A stretch of DNA of 50,635 nt from Pelomyxa schiedti (lineage: Eukaryota > Protista > Evosea): positions 1 to 50,635 of the forward strand of contig JAHLWZ010000439.1 in NCBI GenBank assembly GCA_020536535.1. The letters run 5' to 3'. Positions 38,507-49,769 of the stretch are shown piece by piece (the first letter of the stretch is position 1; the number at the start of each line of letters is the position of its first letter). The notes under the pieces were generated by a model, which ran no database searches, was not told the origin of the DNA, and saw only the letters and a program-made list of their open reading frames with translations. Position numbers and translations under genes: made by a program.

Positions 38507-41500
38507 TCAGGGGTTCTGTTGAAGTGCTTGTGTGAGGATATCGATGGCCGCTTGCGTTTTGATTCTTGCCTTGGGGTCCGCGACCAGGAGTGACCTCAGC
38601 ACATCGCCAACAGCGTAGGCTGGGTGGCAACTTGTTGTAGTTGATTGTGTTTGCGATGAGGGTCGTTGAAACTGTGGTGGTAGTTGTGGAAGAATATAGG
38701 GTGGCCGGAATCCTGGGCTGCCTGGCAAGGGACTGAAGAGGTGCCACATCACGATGCCAACAGCAAAACTGTCTGATTCACCAAACCTAGGTATTGTTAG
38801 TTGTGGTTATTGAGGAATGCGTACCGGATTGGTGTAGGTTTACAAGTTGGCAGCCAAGAGTTATGTGGAAGTTGAGTAAACAATTTCTGGTAACCTTCCA
38901 TGACTTCTGGCGGTGCGATAAAGGGATTTGAGGGATCCCCACACAAACAAACCAGTTCAGATCCATGTGCTGGGTCCGCATTAAGAGCACAATCGAATCC
39001 AGTCAGTTTTAGCTATTGAAAAGGTTCCCACTTATCAGTGACATTAAATGGGAGGGAAGAAACGTTGCCAGTAGAGACAAGAATAAATCTCGATATAATT
39101 TCTCGGTGTACAACAAAATTTCTTTGAAGGTGGGAGACAGCAACAAGCAATTGCTTTAGCCATTCACAACATCGGGACACTTTATCATTCATATCCATCC
39201 TTGCTGTCACTGATTCCAGAGATGGTCCTTTGCGAGTAAATGTAAATGATAAATGAAAATGAAATACCTTCATCAGGAAAAACAATATGAACCATGGGAA
39301 CTCCTTGAACGTAGTCGCGGAAAATAATATCTGTTAAGATAAGGATTGGGTATGCCGTGTCATAACCAGGATACCAGGAGGAATGAGATTCTGCCAGTCA
39401 CTTGGAAGATTCGCAACGAAAGTGGCAATTGGGTGAACAATTCCTGGATGCGTTGGCAATGCACTCAACACTTCACACTCAGTGTTCCTAGGAGGTGGTG
39501 GGAAGAATCAAGGGCAAAAGGGAACGGCACACCGGCATAGTTTTGAGTTGAAGCTGACTAAAGACTTGACGATAAAATGTTCTGGAAATGTTTGAAGTGA
39601 AGCTTCGAAAAGCATATCACTTGACCCACATTCCAAGAACCTGTTGGGGTGAAGGCCCCGGAATTCTTTCATGTGAGCTATGAGACCTGCTCTGCAAAAC
39701 ATATCTTTTCTTCTCGCAGTTTTGCGCAATTCCTGTTTTTGATCAGTCAGTCACAGAAGTGAAAGGTAACCTCAGTGGTGTCTTCCAAACACTGGTTACA
39801 TCGACTAATTTCATGTTTGTATCTTTCATAATCCGCAGTAATTTTCTCTTCCAGGGTTTCCCAGGGTAAGGTTGGTTCTGTCATCTTTTTTTTTTTTTTT
39901 GAGCTTTTAAGAGGTATCAACTAGATGTAACTGAAATGGGCAGATTAATTGCTTGACTGAGCTCATCTTTATAAATCAATTGGAGTTCTTTCTGCTTGTT
40001 AATCAGGGAAGTTATTGCCCTCTGGTCTTCCAGCGATTTCACAGACGTCAAGTCGGCCGGGGTTTGAGGTGTGAAAGGACATGCTGATGTGACCAGCTCT
40101 CTAATTTCTCGCTCGGACATGTTTACAATTTTTGTAATGCCAGCCATAAATTCTTTCTTCTCCTCAGGGCTGAGGCTTGAAAATAGGATTGCATGCTGGT
40201 AATCCACACCAAAAGCGATATGCTTGGAGCGCACTCTGGCTGCATTGTTTGCGCCAGTGAAGTCTCCTCCAACATAGCCGGCATCAATTTTCTTGATACT
40301 CGCAACTGGTTCCAGAAGAAATGGTAATGCAGTCACTCCACCTGAAGTGGGTGTTGTTACTTGGCGCCATACAACCTTGAATCCAGCATTTCCCCCCGAG
40401 CGTCCAAGGAAGTCCATATCACCAATCCACTTGGCGATTGCTGTCAGTGTCCACAAGCCCTCTACTCTCAAATTCAAGGAAGCTGAAGGAGGATTGGACG
40501 GTATTGTGGTTGTAATTGTGATAGGTGTGGTTCTTGGTGTTGGTAACATAAGTTTCTCTACAAAACTTGTCCCTAACACCTGAAATGGGGTCACTTTCTT
40601 CGACATCACAGCATAGCCAAGTGCCGGGTTTTCGTGTATTATCTCTGCTGCTATGGGGTTGTTCACTTTGACCTTTGTCAGGGTTGTTTTGGCAGCTTTG
40701 ACACCCAACGCCCGGTACAGGTTTGCTCCAAGCACTTCTCTGTATGCATCTTCTGGGGGAACCACTGGCAACTTCCCAACATACTCCTTTTGTGTGCAAT
40801 AAAACTTGTAGTAGTCAATCTGGTATGATGATCCTTTCAGAGTTGTGCGGGTATTGTTTCCTTGGATACTTGATCTTTCCCGTCCTGGAGAAGAGAACAC
40901 AAACAGGGAAGGATCCGTGTACAGACGAAGTCCTGTTGCCAAATAGGTAAAAATGAAGGGAACGACAGGGAAAAATACTTAAGGAATCATCCCGTACTAA
41001 ATGGAGGCATGCTTGGTCCCTTTGTTGCTGTTTGAGCATCCTAATGAATGATAGGGTTTCATATGTGGATCCCACTGTGGTGGTTGCCTCGAGTTGAAGA
41101 ACTTCACTGGTGTACGAAATGTACTTGCTTGTTTCCAACTTTGTCTTATCTTCTATAAGTTAAACATAATTTGTTGAATGAAAGTTCACCTAAAATTTTC
41201 AGTGCCAACACATCAGAAGCACAGGTACATACAGCAGCTTCAAGGTCGTCATCAGTCAGCATCGTGACCCAATCGCCGTCGCCATCTTAATTGTGCTTTC
41301 AACTTCTAATAAAAATCCCAGAATAATATTTTGAAAACGGCGTATTACCCAAGTACTTAATATAATACTCAGCAGGCATGTCCATTACCCTGGTTAACTC
41401 CTTAACCAGGGCTACTATGTTGCACTCACCCCTGGCAAGGCTCAGCCTCACACTACCACCCTCCTGCACTGCTTCAAAGAGGAACCTATTACTACAAAGA

Positions 41501-41565
41501 TGTTAAACTGGTAACATAAATGCCTAGGATAAGTTTCGCGGGATGGAGCACCCGTCATCAACCAT
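38507..41565 (-). CDS. Multidomain protein: PB1, atypical (PI3/4K-HipA-like) kinase domain, coiled coil, ePK-fold pseudokinase
   Basis: PB1 acidic motif YIKYLDGDGDWVTMLTDDDLEAA. Central 1-kb exon with EVLGANLYRALGV, WIGDMDFLGRSGGNAG and KKIDAG. C-terminal HPGIVH, QLLVAVSHLQRNFVVHREI, LKLTGFD, APPE, DSFAVGIVMW, LLVADPKAR. All junctions are phase-consistent GT-AG. Confidence 0.72.
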
Positions 41566-41751
41566 CTTGCACGGGGGATCGATCTGGTGTGTTGGTGTTG
41601 TTCGCCGTCAATTGACCAGGGAAGCACAAGAAACAAAGATCCAGGCTCTTAGTGGGACTGCAACAGTGCACCACTGAGAGTGAGTCCAATGGCTGATACT
41701 TAGATCTACTGGTGAATTTTACCCGGTTGACGGTAATAACGTCCGACAGAT

Positions 41752-43519
41752 ATGAGCCGAGCACGAGGACGCGGGCGCGGGCGCGGACGGGGTAAGTCCA
41801 AGGCAGACGACGACGACGACACGCCGGCGGTGGCGGCGCCGATCGCAGCGCCGGCGGTGGGGGACGACGAGCACGGCGGGGGGCAGGGGGTGGCGACGGG
41901 GGAGGGCGAGGGGGCCGTGGCCGCCGCCGTCGACAGCGAGGAGGCCAACTACCTAAATAAGGCAGCTAGCGGCAGGGAGGGATCAGAGAAGCTCATCGGC
42001 GTATGTCAATTTAAAAAAAAAAGAAAAAAAAGGACACATGCAACTCTAAAAACTGAACTAACTCAACTACTATCCGTGAGGATTATACTGTAACTTGCTG
42101 TGTTGTATCTCTTGAATGTTTTGGTGGTTGAGACTGTTTATTGCGTAGACCATAACTCTGTGTTACGTTGTTTCTTTCTGGATGTGCTATGTGAACACAC
42201 TACTGTATAAAAAGCCGCGCACAAAAACATCATAACAACGATACTGACAGCAATATCATTGTAACCGTTCCGACAGGTAAATAAAATTACTGCAGGGGAG
42301 ATTGAAAAGCTGAAGGAAGTAGGAATTTTCACAGTAGAGGGAGTTGCTCATGCAACTATCCGTACGTTGAGTGGTATTAAGGGCATAGGGGAGAATAAGG
42401 CCCTGAACCTCCACAAGACAGGTCAATTTCTTGTTCCTCACCACCCTCTGCTTTTTTTTTAACCTTCTAATAGCAATGGCTATGTGCAACATGTCCTTTT
42501 GTCCTGCCAAAGTAATTGCCAATTCAAGGGCAAATAGGATCAGAGTTAAAACAGGGTGCGATTCTTTGAATGCCTTACTTGGAGGTACTCACTGTGATAA
42601 CTAGAAAGTAAACTAATAAAAAAACAGGAGGTATTGAGGCAGGGGGGATTACGGAACTCTTTGGGGAATTCCGCACTGGCAAGACCCAACTGTGTCATGA
42701 GCTATGTGTCACGTGTCAGATGCCTGGTACATTTCTTGCTAACTCCACCCATATTTAAGTGGTCATATAGGTAGTGGGGAAGGCCGTGCTATGTATATTG
42801 ACACTGAAGGGACCTTCCGTCCTGAGCGGCTGGTTCCTATTGCCGAAAAGTTGTCCCGTTCACAAACTTTCTTGTTTCTCACTTGTCTCTAGATACGGCA
42901 TGGACGGAGAAGGTGTCACAGACAATGTTTGTTATGCGAGAGCGTACAATAGTGATCACCAGACTGAACTCTTGGTAACCGCATGTGCTTTGATGGCAGA
43001 GAGCCACTATGCGCTCTTAGTGGTTGATAGTGCTACCAACCTTTATAGGTAAACACAACATCTACCCCCTGCATTTAGTAATGAAGGGGCGACTTACACT
43101 AATAGGACGGACTATGTTGGTCGTGGCGAATTGGCCAACCGGCAAGTTCATCTAGCCAAGTTCATGAGGAATCTCCAGCGAATTGCTGATGAGTTTGGTG
43201 TTGCCGTTGTAATCACAAACCAAGTAGTTGCCAATGTATGTAAGCCCTCTCTCCGACTCCCTATCCCCCGGTATATAACTATATGCCACAAATTACAATA
43301 CAAACAAAATAGCCCGAAGGAGGACCCTTTGCACAAGCATGTAAACCCATTGGAGGCAACATCATCGCTCACGCTTCAACCACGAGGCTGTACCTCAGGA
43401 AAGGATCCGGCAAAAACCGTGTATGCAAGGTGTATGACTCCCCGTGCCTGGCGGAGGAGGAAGCCACATTCTCCCTCAATGACAATGGAATCGGCGCCTC
43501 AACTGAAGACGATGCCTAA
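41752..43519 (+). CDS. RAD51: RAD51 recombinase
   Basis: [14 protein letters not shown], FxxA motif (FCPA), Walker [96 protein letters not shown]. These are RAD51-type rather than DMC1-type residues. Confidence 0.95.
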
Positions 43520-43724
43520 ATCCAACAAGCAATGCCACACTTACATACAATGAAACATGCACTACCCTCTCACACAAAATCACACCCGGTAATATTCCCT
43601 ACCTGACTGTGTATACCCCCATCACAAACAACAACAAAAGTCACATAGACTAAGTAAGTCACTTTGCTCTGAATAGTTTGTTGTTCCATCATCAATTTAT
43701 TTTTGCCTCACAACTAATCAAGCG

Positions 43725-46537
43725 ATGCGGGAAGCCGAAAACGAGACGACCGGAACTGGCTCATCAGGCGATTCAATTGGGAATGCTGCTACTTCCAGTA
43801 GTAGCTGCAGCAGGACCGAGACAGTTACTCGCGCAGTTGCATCGATAAGGGAGTCACTGTCTGACGTCACAAACGCTGCGGCAACAAACGCCCTCATCAT
43901 CATGCCCCCAGTCCCAATCATGGGACTCCTACAACAACAACAACAACAACCCCAGCAACAGCAACCGCAACCAGCCTCTGCGACATCAGCCGCCGCCCAT
44001 AATGCATCCGCGGAACCGATACCAGCGGATAAGAGCGGTGGTACTTGCAGTTGTGCCAGAGGAGGAGGAGGTGCAAGCGGAAGTGGAAGTGGAAGTGGGG
44101 GTGGCGTGGGAGGGGTGAAGTATGGGTCAGATAGGCACATGTTCAGCGAGAGGAGGTGCATATCGTCGCTGCAGAACGTGTGCGCTGTGCTGGCGGCGCT
44201 GGACACCGACGCGGCGTGCGAGGTGGCGGGGTGCACGGCCAGGGACTGCTCGTTGGCCTTGGTGGCTCTCGCCGACTCCCTGCCCCGTCCTTTTGGGACC
44301 ACTTCCATATCTGGGTATGTGCGCTGTTGTTTTTCATTTTATTTTATTTTTTTTTTCCCCTGTGCTATTATTGGAATTGAATTATAATTATCTAACTTAG
44401 GGTTTTTTCTCCTTTTTTTTTTTTCCCCTATTTTTTCTGGTTTTTTATTGTTGCTCTTTGCATTTATATACATTGTAGACACATTTTATTCTAGGGGTTC
44501 TGACAGGAAAGCGGAGAGCTCAGAGACTCTTGAGTTATTGAAGAGGAGTGCAATTACTACAGAAGTTGGAAAGTGGTTGCTCGTTGCGTTGAGTGAGGTT
44601 GTGGGCTGCGGCGGTGCCCAAGATGAAGAATCTGGGGAATATGAATGCTCATTTTGCGAAGCAGTCGGAGATGAAGTTTGTGCTAATGTTCTGAGGATTT
44701 CCCTAAGTGCAGTAGTGGATTGTGATACTTTACAGCGGCTCAATAAGGCACGTGGGAAAACTGACGGCGATGAGTCAATAGAAGATATCCTTGCTCCGGC
44801 ACTTTCTACCATTGTGGGTATCATTGGTGGTAAAGGACAAGGAACATGGTCCAAGGGAATCCTTGATTTACTCAGTGATGTTAAATACATTCTACCATTA
44901 GTGACTATAGCAGCGTCAGCGCGGGCTAATGTGAGTACCGCATTCTCCTTGTACGATTGCCTCTGAATCTTCTATCTAGGTTGACTTTTTTAGTACATGG
45001 GGGCAGTTGATGTTTTTACTGGCTTTGCTCGGGATAAATTCGACTGTGCACCGGCTCACTTTCCTGAATTACCTTACTACGGATAAAATGGTACTCGCTG
45101 CTGATGGGAGTACCACAATAGAGGGACCGGCTACTGGTTCAAGCGTCATAAAATGCTCTTGCCCTCCTTGCAAGACCTACCAACATATGCAAAATAACGT
45201 GGAAGAGGCTTGGCAGCCTGAGCCTTTGAGATGCATGGTACTACAAGGAGGCATAATTGCAGTTCTTCTACAACTCTTGCAAAGTCTTCATTCCGACCAG
45301 GACTTTGTATGGAATGCCGTTGGTGTTCTGTGTGCGTGTGCAAAGGATTCTGTTTGCCGAGAGAAAATGCAAGACTGCTCTGTAATCCCTTTCTTGATGT
45401 CTATGATGCAGCACGCATGCTCAGCGAGCACTAAATCTTGTTCAGCTCCTAGTACCGATTTGAAAAGAACTCCCAGTACTAACTTTGTCAGATTGAGAAT
45501 TGACTGGCGTGCAGCCCTGTATTGCCTACAGTGGTTGTGCCTTCCTGAAAGCATTGCTCAAGAAACAGAAGCTTCCCGGCAACCAGCAATTTCAAACCGG
45601 CCACTTTCACCCATTGTATATTCAATGAGATCAGCCGTGCGTAGCCAAGTAACAGCTTGGAAATCCGTCTTCACTGCATTTTTATCTCTCACACAAGCAC
45701 AAAGTAGCGGGCATCTTGATATTGACTCCCTTTCCGCATTAATAGAGTTTTCCCTACTGCTTTCGTCTTCTACAACACAAACCTCTTCCCAACCAGAGCC
45801 ACTACCAACAACAAATACAACCTCACTCAGTAGTACAGCAACAACCAACGCAGCCGCATCACAGGAGGCCACAACATCACCTCAAATTTCAAGCAATACC
45901 ACAAATATAGACAGCAAACAGCTCCACAGCATTCTCATCAGCCTAATCTGCGATTACGATATTATTGATGTCACTCTTTCCGGCTTGGAACTACACTCAG
46001 AAAAAGCATCGAACACAACACAGTGGGCCGTACAAGGATGCGCCCTGCTGTGTCACCTCGGACACTCAATTTTGGACTGGGCAACAGAAGTTGAACTCCA
46101 ACAACAACAGCAAGCGCAGCAACCTATTCCGAATAATTCGGGGAATAGGGGCAATACTAACAAGAGAGGAAAGAACAGAAATAAGAGAAACAACCCCCGG
46201 CAAGGGTGTGAACGAACTGGCAATATGCCGGAACCAGTCGCAATGTCACAATCACTGCTAGTAATACTGAAACAAAAACTAAGCAGTTCCCGCATAGCAA
46301 AAACCGCGGAAAAGCTAACAACTGCAGCACCGAATTGCATGCTGTTGGTATACTGGTTATCCCATTTACTATCTTTGTGCAAAGTAAGTCCACCTGGCAA
46401 ATATTACCCTTTTTGGTGCTTACTTACATACACAGAAACTTCGGGAACATACAGACCGCATATTGCAAGAACAGCAGAATTCCACAACAAACACCAAAAA
46501 ATCCAATAATAAAAGAAGAGGGAAGAAGAGGAGTTGA
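43725..46537 (+). CDS. Large helical (ARM/HEAT-like) protein of unknown function with basic C-terminus
   Basis: Long exons (220, 172 and 500 aa ORFs) joined by GT-AG introns. ARM-like GIIAVLLQLLQS...VWNAVGVLCACA...VIPFLMSMM. C-terminal KRRGKKRS* resembles an NLS. Confidence 0.65.
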
Positions 46538-46869
46538 GCAACACACAATCAATTCAAAAAAAAAAAAAAAAACCCTAACATATTTGAGGCCACAAAGCGC
46601 CCAAATTGATAAATTACCGTCAATGTGGTTTGATATCTTATTAATGTGGCCTCGCACAGTTCACCACAGCTAAATAGAGCTCCCCCAATCCAGATTGTGG
46701 GAGGCCAGAATTTTTTCCAAGCCAGAGTCTCCCCAGCAACACCTCGACTGGCCACATGGATTGAGAAAAACAAAAACAATTCGTTGCGGGACAGTCCAAG
46801 ATGAGAGGGCAACGGCCATCCTGGTTCAATCTGTTCAGATTCAGGCACCGGAAACAATAAACAGCTAGG

Positions 46870-48727
46870 ATGCACGACGGGGCTATTGTTGCATGTCGAG
46901 GCTGCGACGGCGAGGTCGGCGGCGAGTGTGGTGCGCAGCCGCTGGCGCCGACGCTGTGCGAGATCGTGGAGTCCAACACGCTCAAGTGGTTGTTCGTGGG
47001 TGGCAAGGGCGGCGTGGGCAAGACCACCGTGAGCTGCTGCCTCGCGTCGCTCATCGCGCGACGACGCGCCGCGGCGCGGGGGGCTGCTGCTGCTGCTGGG
47101 GCACCCCCCCCGTCGTCGACGTCGTCGTCGTCGGCACACGGCACGGCATCGGTTGCATCGCCCCTGTGCGTGTGTAGTTCAGTCCCACAATTTAAAGAGT
47201 TGTTGTTTGTTTTGCTGGTTTTTGTGTTTTTTGTGTGTGGGCTTTTTTCCCCCTCTTTTTTGCTTATACTAGTAGTGGCCTATTTGTAGGCAATATACGT
47301 GATCTAGAGAATGTTATTAATATTGGACAAATAGTTACCAGTAATGTGAATATGGAATTTCTAATCACGGTGGCTTTTTTTTTAAAACAGGAAAGCTGAC
47401 GTTTTGTTGATCTCAACTGATCCTGCACATAATGTCAGTGATGCCTTTGGGCAAAAATTTTCCAAGGTTCCGACACCAGTGAATGGCGTACCAAACTTGC
47501 ACGCANNNNNNNNNNNNNNNNNNNNNNNNNNNNNNNNNNNNNNNNNNNNNNNNNNNNNNNNNNNNNNNNNNNNNNNNNNNNNNNNNNNNNNNNNNNNNNN
47601 NNNNNAAACAGGAAAGCTGACGTTTTGTTGATCTCAACTGATCCTGCACATAATGTCAGTGATGCCTTTGGGCAAAAATTTTCCAAGGTTCCGACACCAG
47701 TGAATGGCGTACCAAACTTGCACGCAATGGTTTTTCCACTCTACTCCTCTATCATTTCTGTAACACTCTTTCAGGAAATCGAGGCGAGCTTGGAAACACT
47801 GGAGGAAACCCTGAAACTAAAAGAAGGAGATAACACCGGCGGGCCAAACCCTTTTTCGGACTTGTTTGGTTTATCTGAAGTGTTGACTTCGATCCCTGGA
47901 ATTGATGAAGCTATGAGCTTTGCTGAAGTTATGAAGTGCGTTTTTCTCGCTACCATCAATTCCCTCTAAGTACTCTAAAGGCAGGTTCAGTGCATGGACT
48001 ACTCTGTTATTGTTTTTGACACAGCACCAACTGGGCACACACTACGGTTTCTGTCCTTCCCTAGCGTTCTCCAAAAAGGAATGGGAAAAATTCTTGAGCT
48101 TAAAAGTAAATTCTCCGGGATTTTCTCTCAGGTATCACTTCATTCTTTATTTGATTTCCCTCAACTTTGTAGGTAGGTACGATGTTTGGCCTGGGTGGCC
48201 CAGGAGGGTTTGATTTAGAATCCCTGAGCAAGAAACTAATGGAAACCAAGTCAGTTGTTGACGAAGTTTCTGCTCAATTCAAAAATCCTGTAAGCGGCTC
48301 ACACTCGCATACTTTCTTCTCACTCTCTGGCCGCAGGCATTAACCCAGTTCATTCCGGTCATGATTCCCGAGTTCCTCTCTGTGTATGAAACCGAAAGAC
48401 TTGTTCAAGAACTTGTCCGGTTTGAGATGGATGTCACTTCTGTAGTTGTGAACCAACTTGTTTGCCCCCCACCAGGTTTCCTTTGGCTTTATTGCCCATT
48501 TCCCTTACTTTCCAAAAGGTGATGCCTGTGGGTTATGCCGGGCCAGAAACTCAATGCAGAACAAGTATGTTTCTCAGATAAGAAACCTTTATGAGGACTT
48601 CCACATTGTACTCCTTCCACTGCTCCACAACGAAGTACGCGGTGTACCGTCCATCACAGAGTTCTCACAGAACCTCATTGTGCCCTGTGAAAGAGCACAC
48701 GTCTGTTTCCCCCCAACAAACCCGTAA
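46870..48727 (+). CDS. GET3: GET3/ASNA1 ATPase, full copy (spans gap 47506-47605)
   Basis: [69 protein letters not shown], zinc-binding [26 protein letters not shown]. Confidence 0.95.
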
Positions 48728-48984
48728 TAGAAAAAAACCCTCAAGTCCAACAAAAAACGATATCGTATTTTATGTTATGTGGGAAAAAAGACCTTAAAAA
48801 GAACAGCACTTTTTTTTTGTTACTGGGGAAAGAACAACAGAATCAACACAAACAAGTGCGGGAAAAGCACCAAACACATAGACACAGAAATTCCGCCTTC
48901 ACACGGGAGTGAGTCCAAAGCACAGAACACAGACGAGAAGAGGCAAATTTCCCAGCCCGGTTCTTGTGTGCCCTGGTAACCAGT

Positions 48985-49052
48985 CTCCCTTTTTCATCAG
49001 TGAATGAGCTCTCCTCAGAGTGAGTTTTTGAGTTCACCACGTCACTCAAGCG
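48985..49052 (-). promoter_or_regulatory. Type II SECIS element in the 3' UTR of the thioredoxin-fold gene
   Basis: Minus strand reads G-TGAC [GTGGTGAACTC] AAAAA CTC ACTCT GAG GA [GAGCTCATTCAC] TGAT: non-Watson-Crick UGAN/NGAN core, about 11-bp helix II, unpaired AAA, and apical mini-helix CTC/GAG. Confidence 0.82.
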
Positions 49053-49174
49053 AATGCGGAATCCCATGGCCTACTGTTCAGTGGTTGTCCTTTGCCGGTT
49101 CACATCAAGCCTGTTGTTGTGCCGGATTTGAGTGATTAATATGGAGTCATAGTGCTGTTCTTCCGGAGGTCTGT

Positions 49175-49583
49175 TTAGAGAGCGGCTTGAATTTTGGCCA
49201 CGTCGGTGGACCTGAAGTCGTCGTAGTTGTTCAGGACGATCTTGTTCTATGAGGTTCAAGTGAGTTGAGAGGGAGTGATTCAAAGGTTCAATACCTTGTC
49301 AATGAGAACGCAGTGAGGAATGTATCTAAGGTTAAAGTGCTTGCACAGTAGGGTCTTGAGGTCACCAGATACGAAGAGGTGCTTCAGATGGCTCCACTGG
49401 GCACCCATTGTACGGGCTTGGTCAATGCTGTCAATGTTGATTGACAAGAAGTTAACCTAAACGCGGTGTGACTCAAATGAGGAGAATGCAGTCGAAAGGG
49501 ATACCTTTCCCTGCAGAGCAGAGTTTGTTGCGTTTGCCTCCATTTGGGCTACTGAGCCCGGACATCCGCCTCACCAGGATGTC
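49175..49583 (-). CDS. Thioredoxin-fold (TlpA/AhpC-like) selenoprotein with UxxC motif, 5' exon(s) lost in gap
   Basis: Exons 49583-49505, 49456-49295 and 49246-49175 with two 48-nt GT-AG introns give TSW-U-GGCPGSVAQMEANATNSALQGKVNFLSINIDSIDQARTMGAQWSHLKHLFVSGDLKTLLCKHFNLRYIPHCVLIDKNKIVLNNYDDFRSTDVAKIQAAL*. In-frame TGA at 49571-49573, cis-Pro motif YIPHCVLID, and a downstream SECIS. Confidence 0.85.
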
Positions 49584-49769
49584 CTTGTGTCAGTTAACAA
49601 CAATGTACTTGAGTTAATGTATTGAGGTAATGCAATGCTGTAGTAACCATTTGAAACGAAACAAAACACNNNNNNNNNNNNNNNNNNNNNNNNNNNNNNN
49701 NNNNNNNNNNNNNNNNNNNNNNNNNNNNNNNNNNNNNNNNNNNNNNNNNNNNNNNNNNNNNNNNNNNNN

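Noticed and set aside
47385-47726. Apparent duplicated GET3 exon around the gap
   Set aside because: Same 121-bp gap-flanking artefact, not exon duplication.
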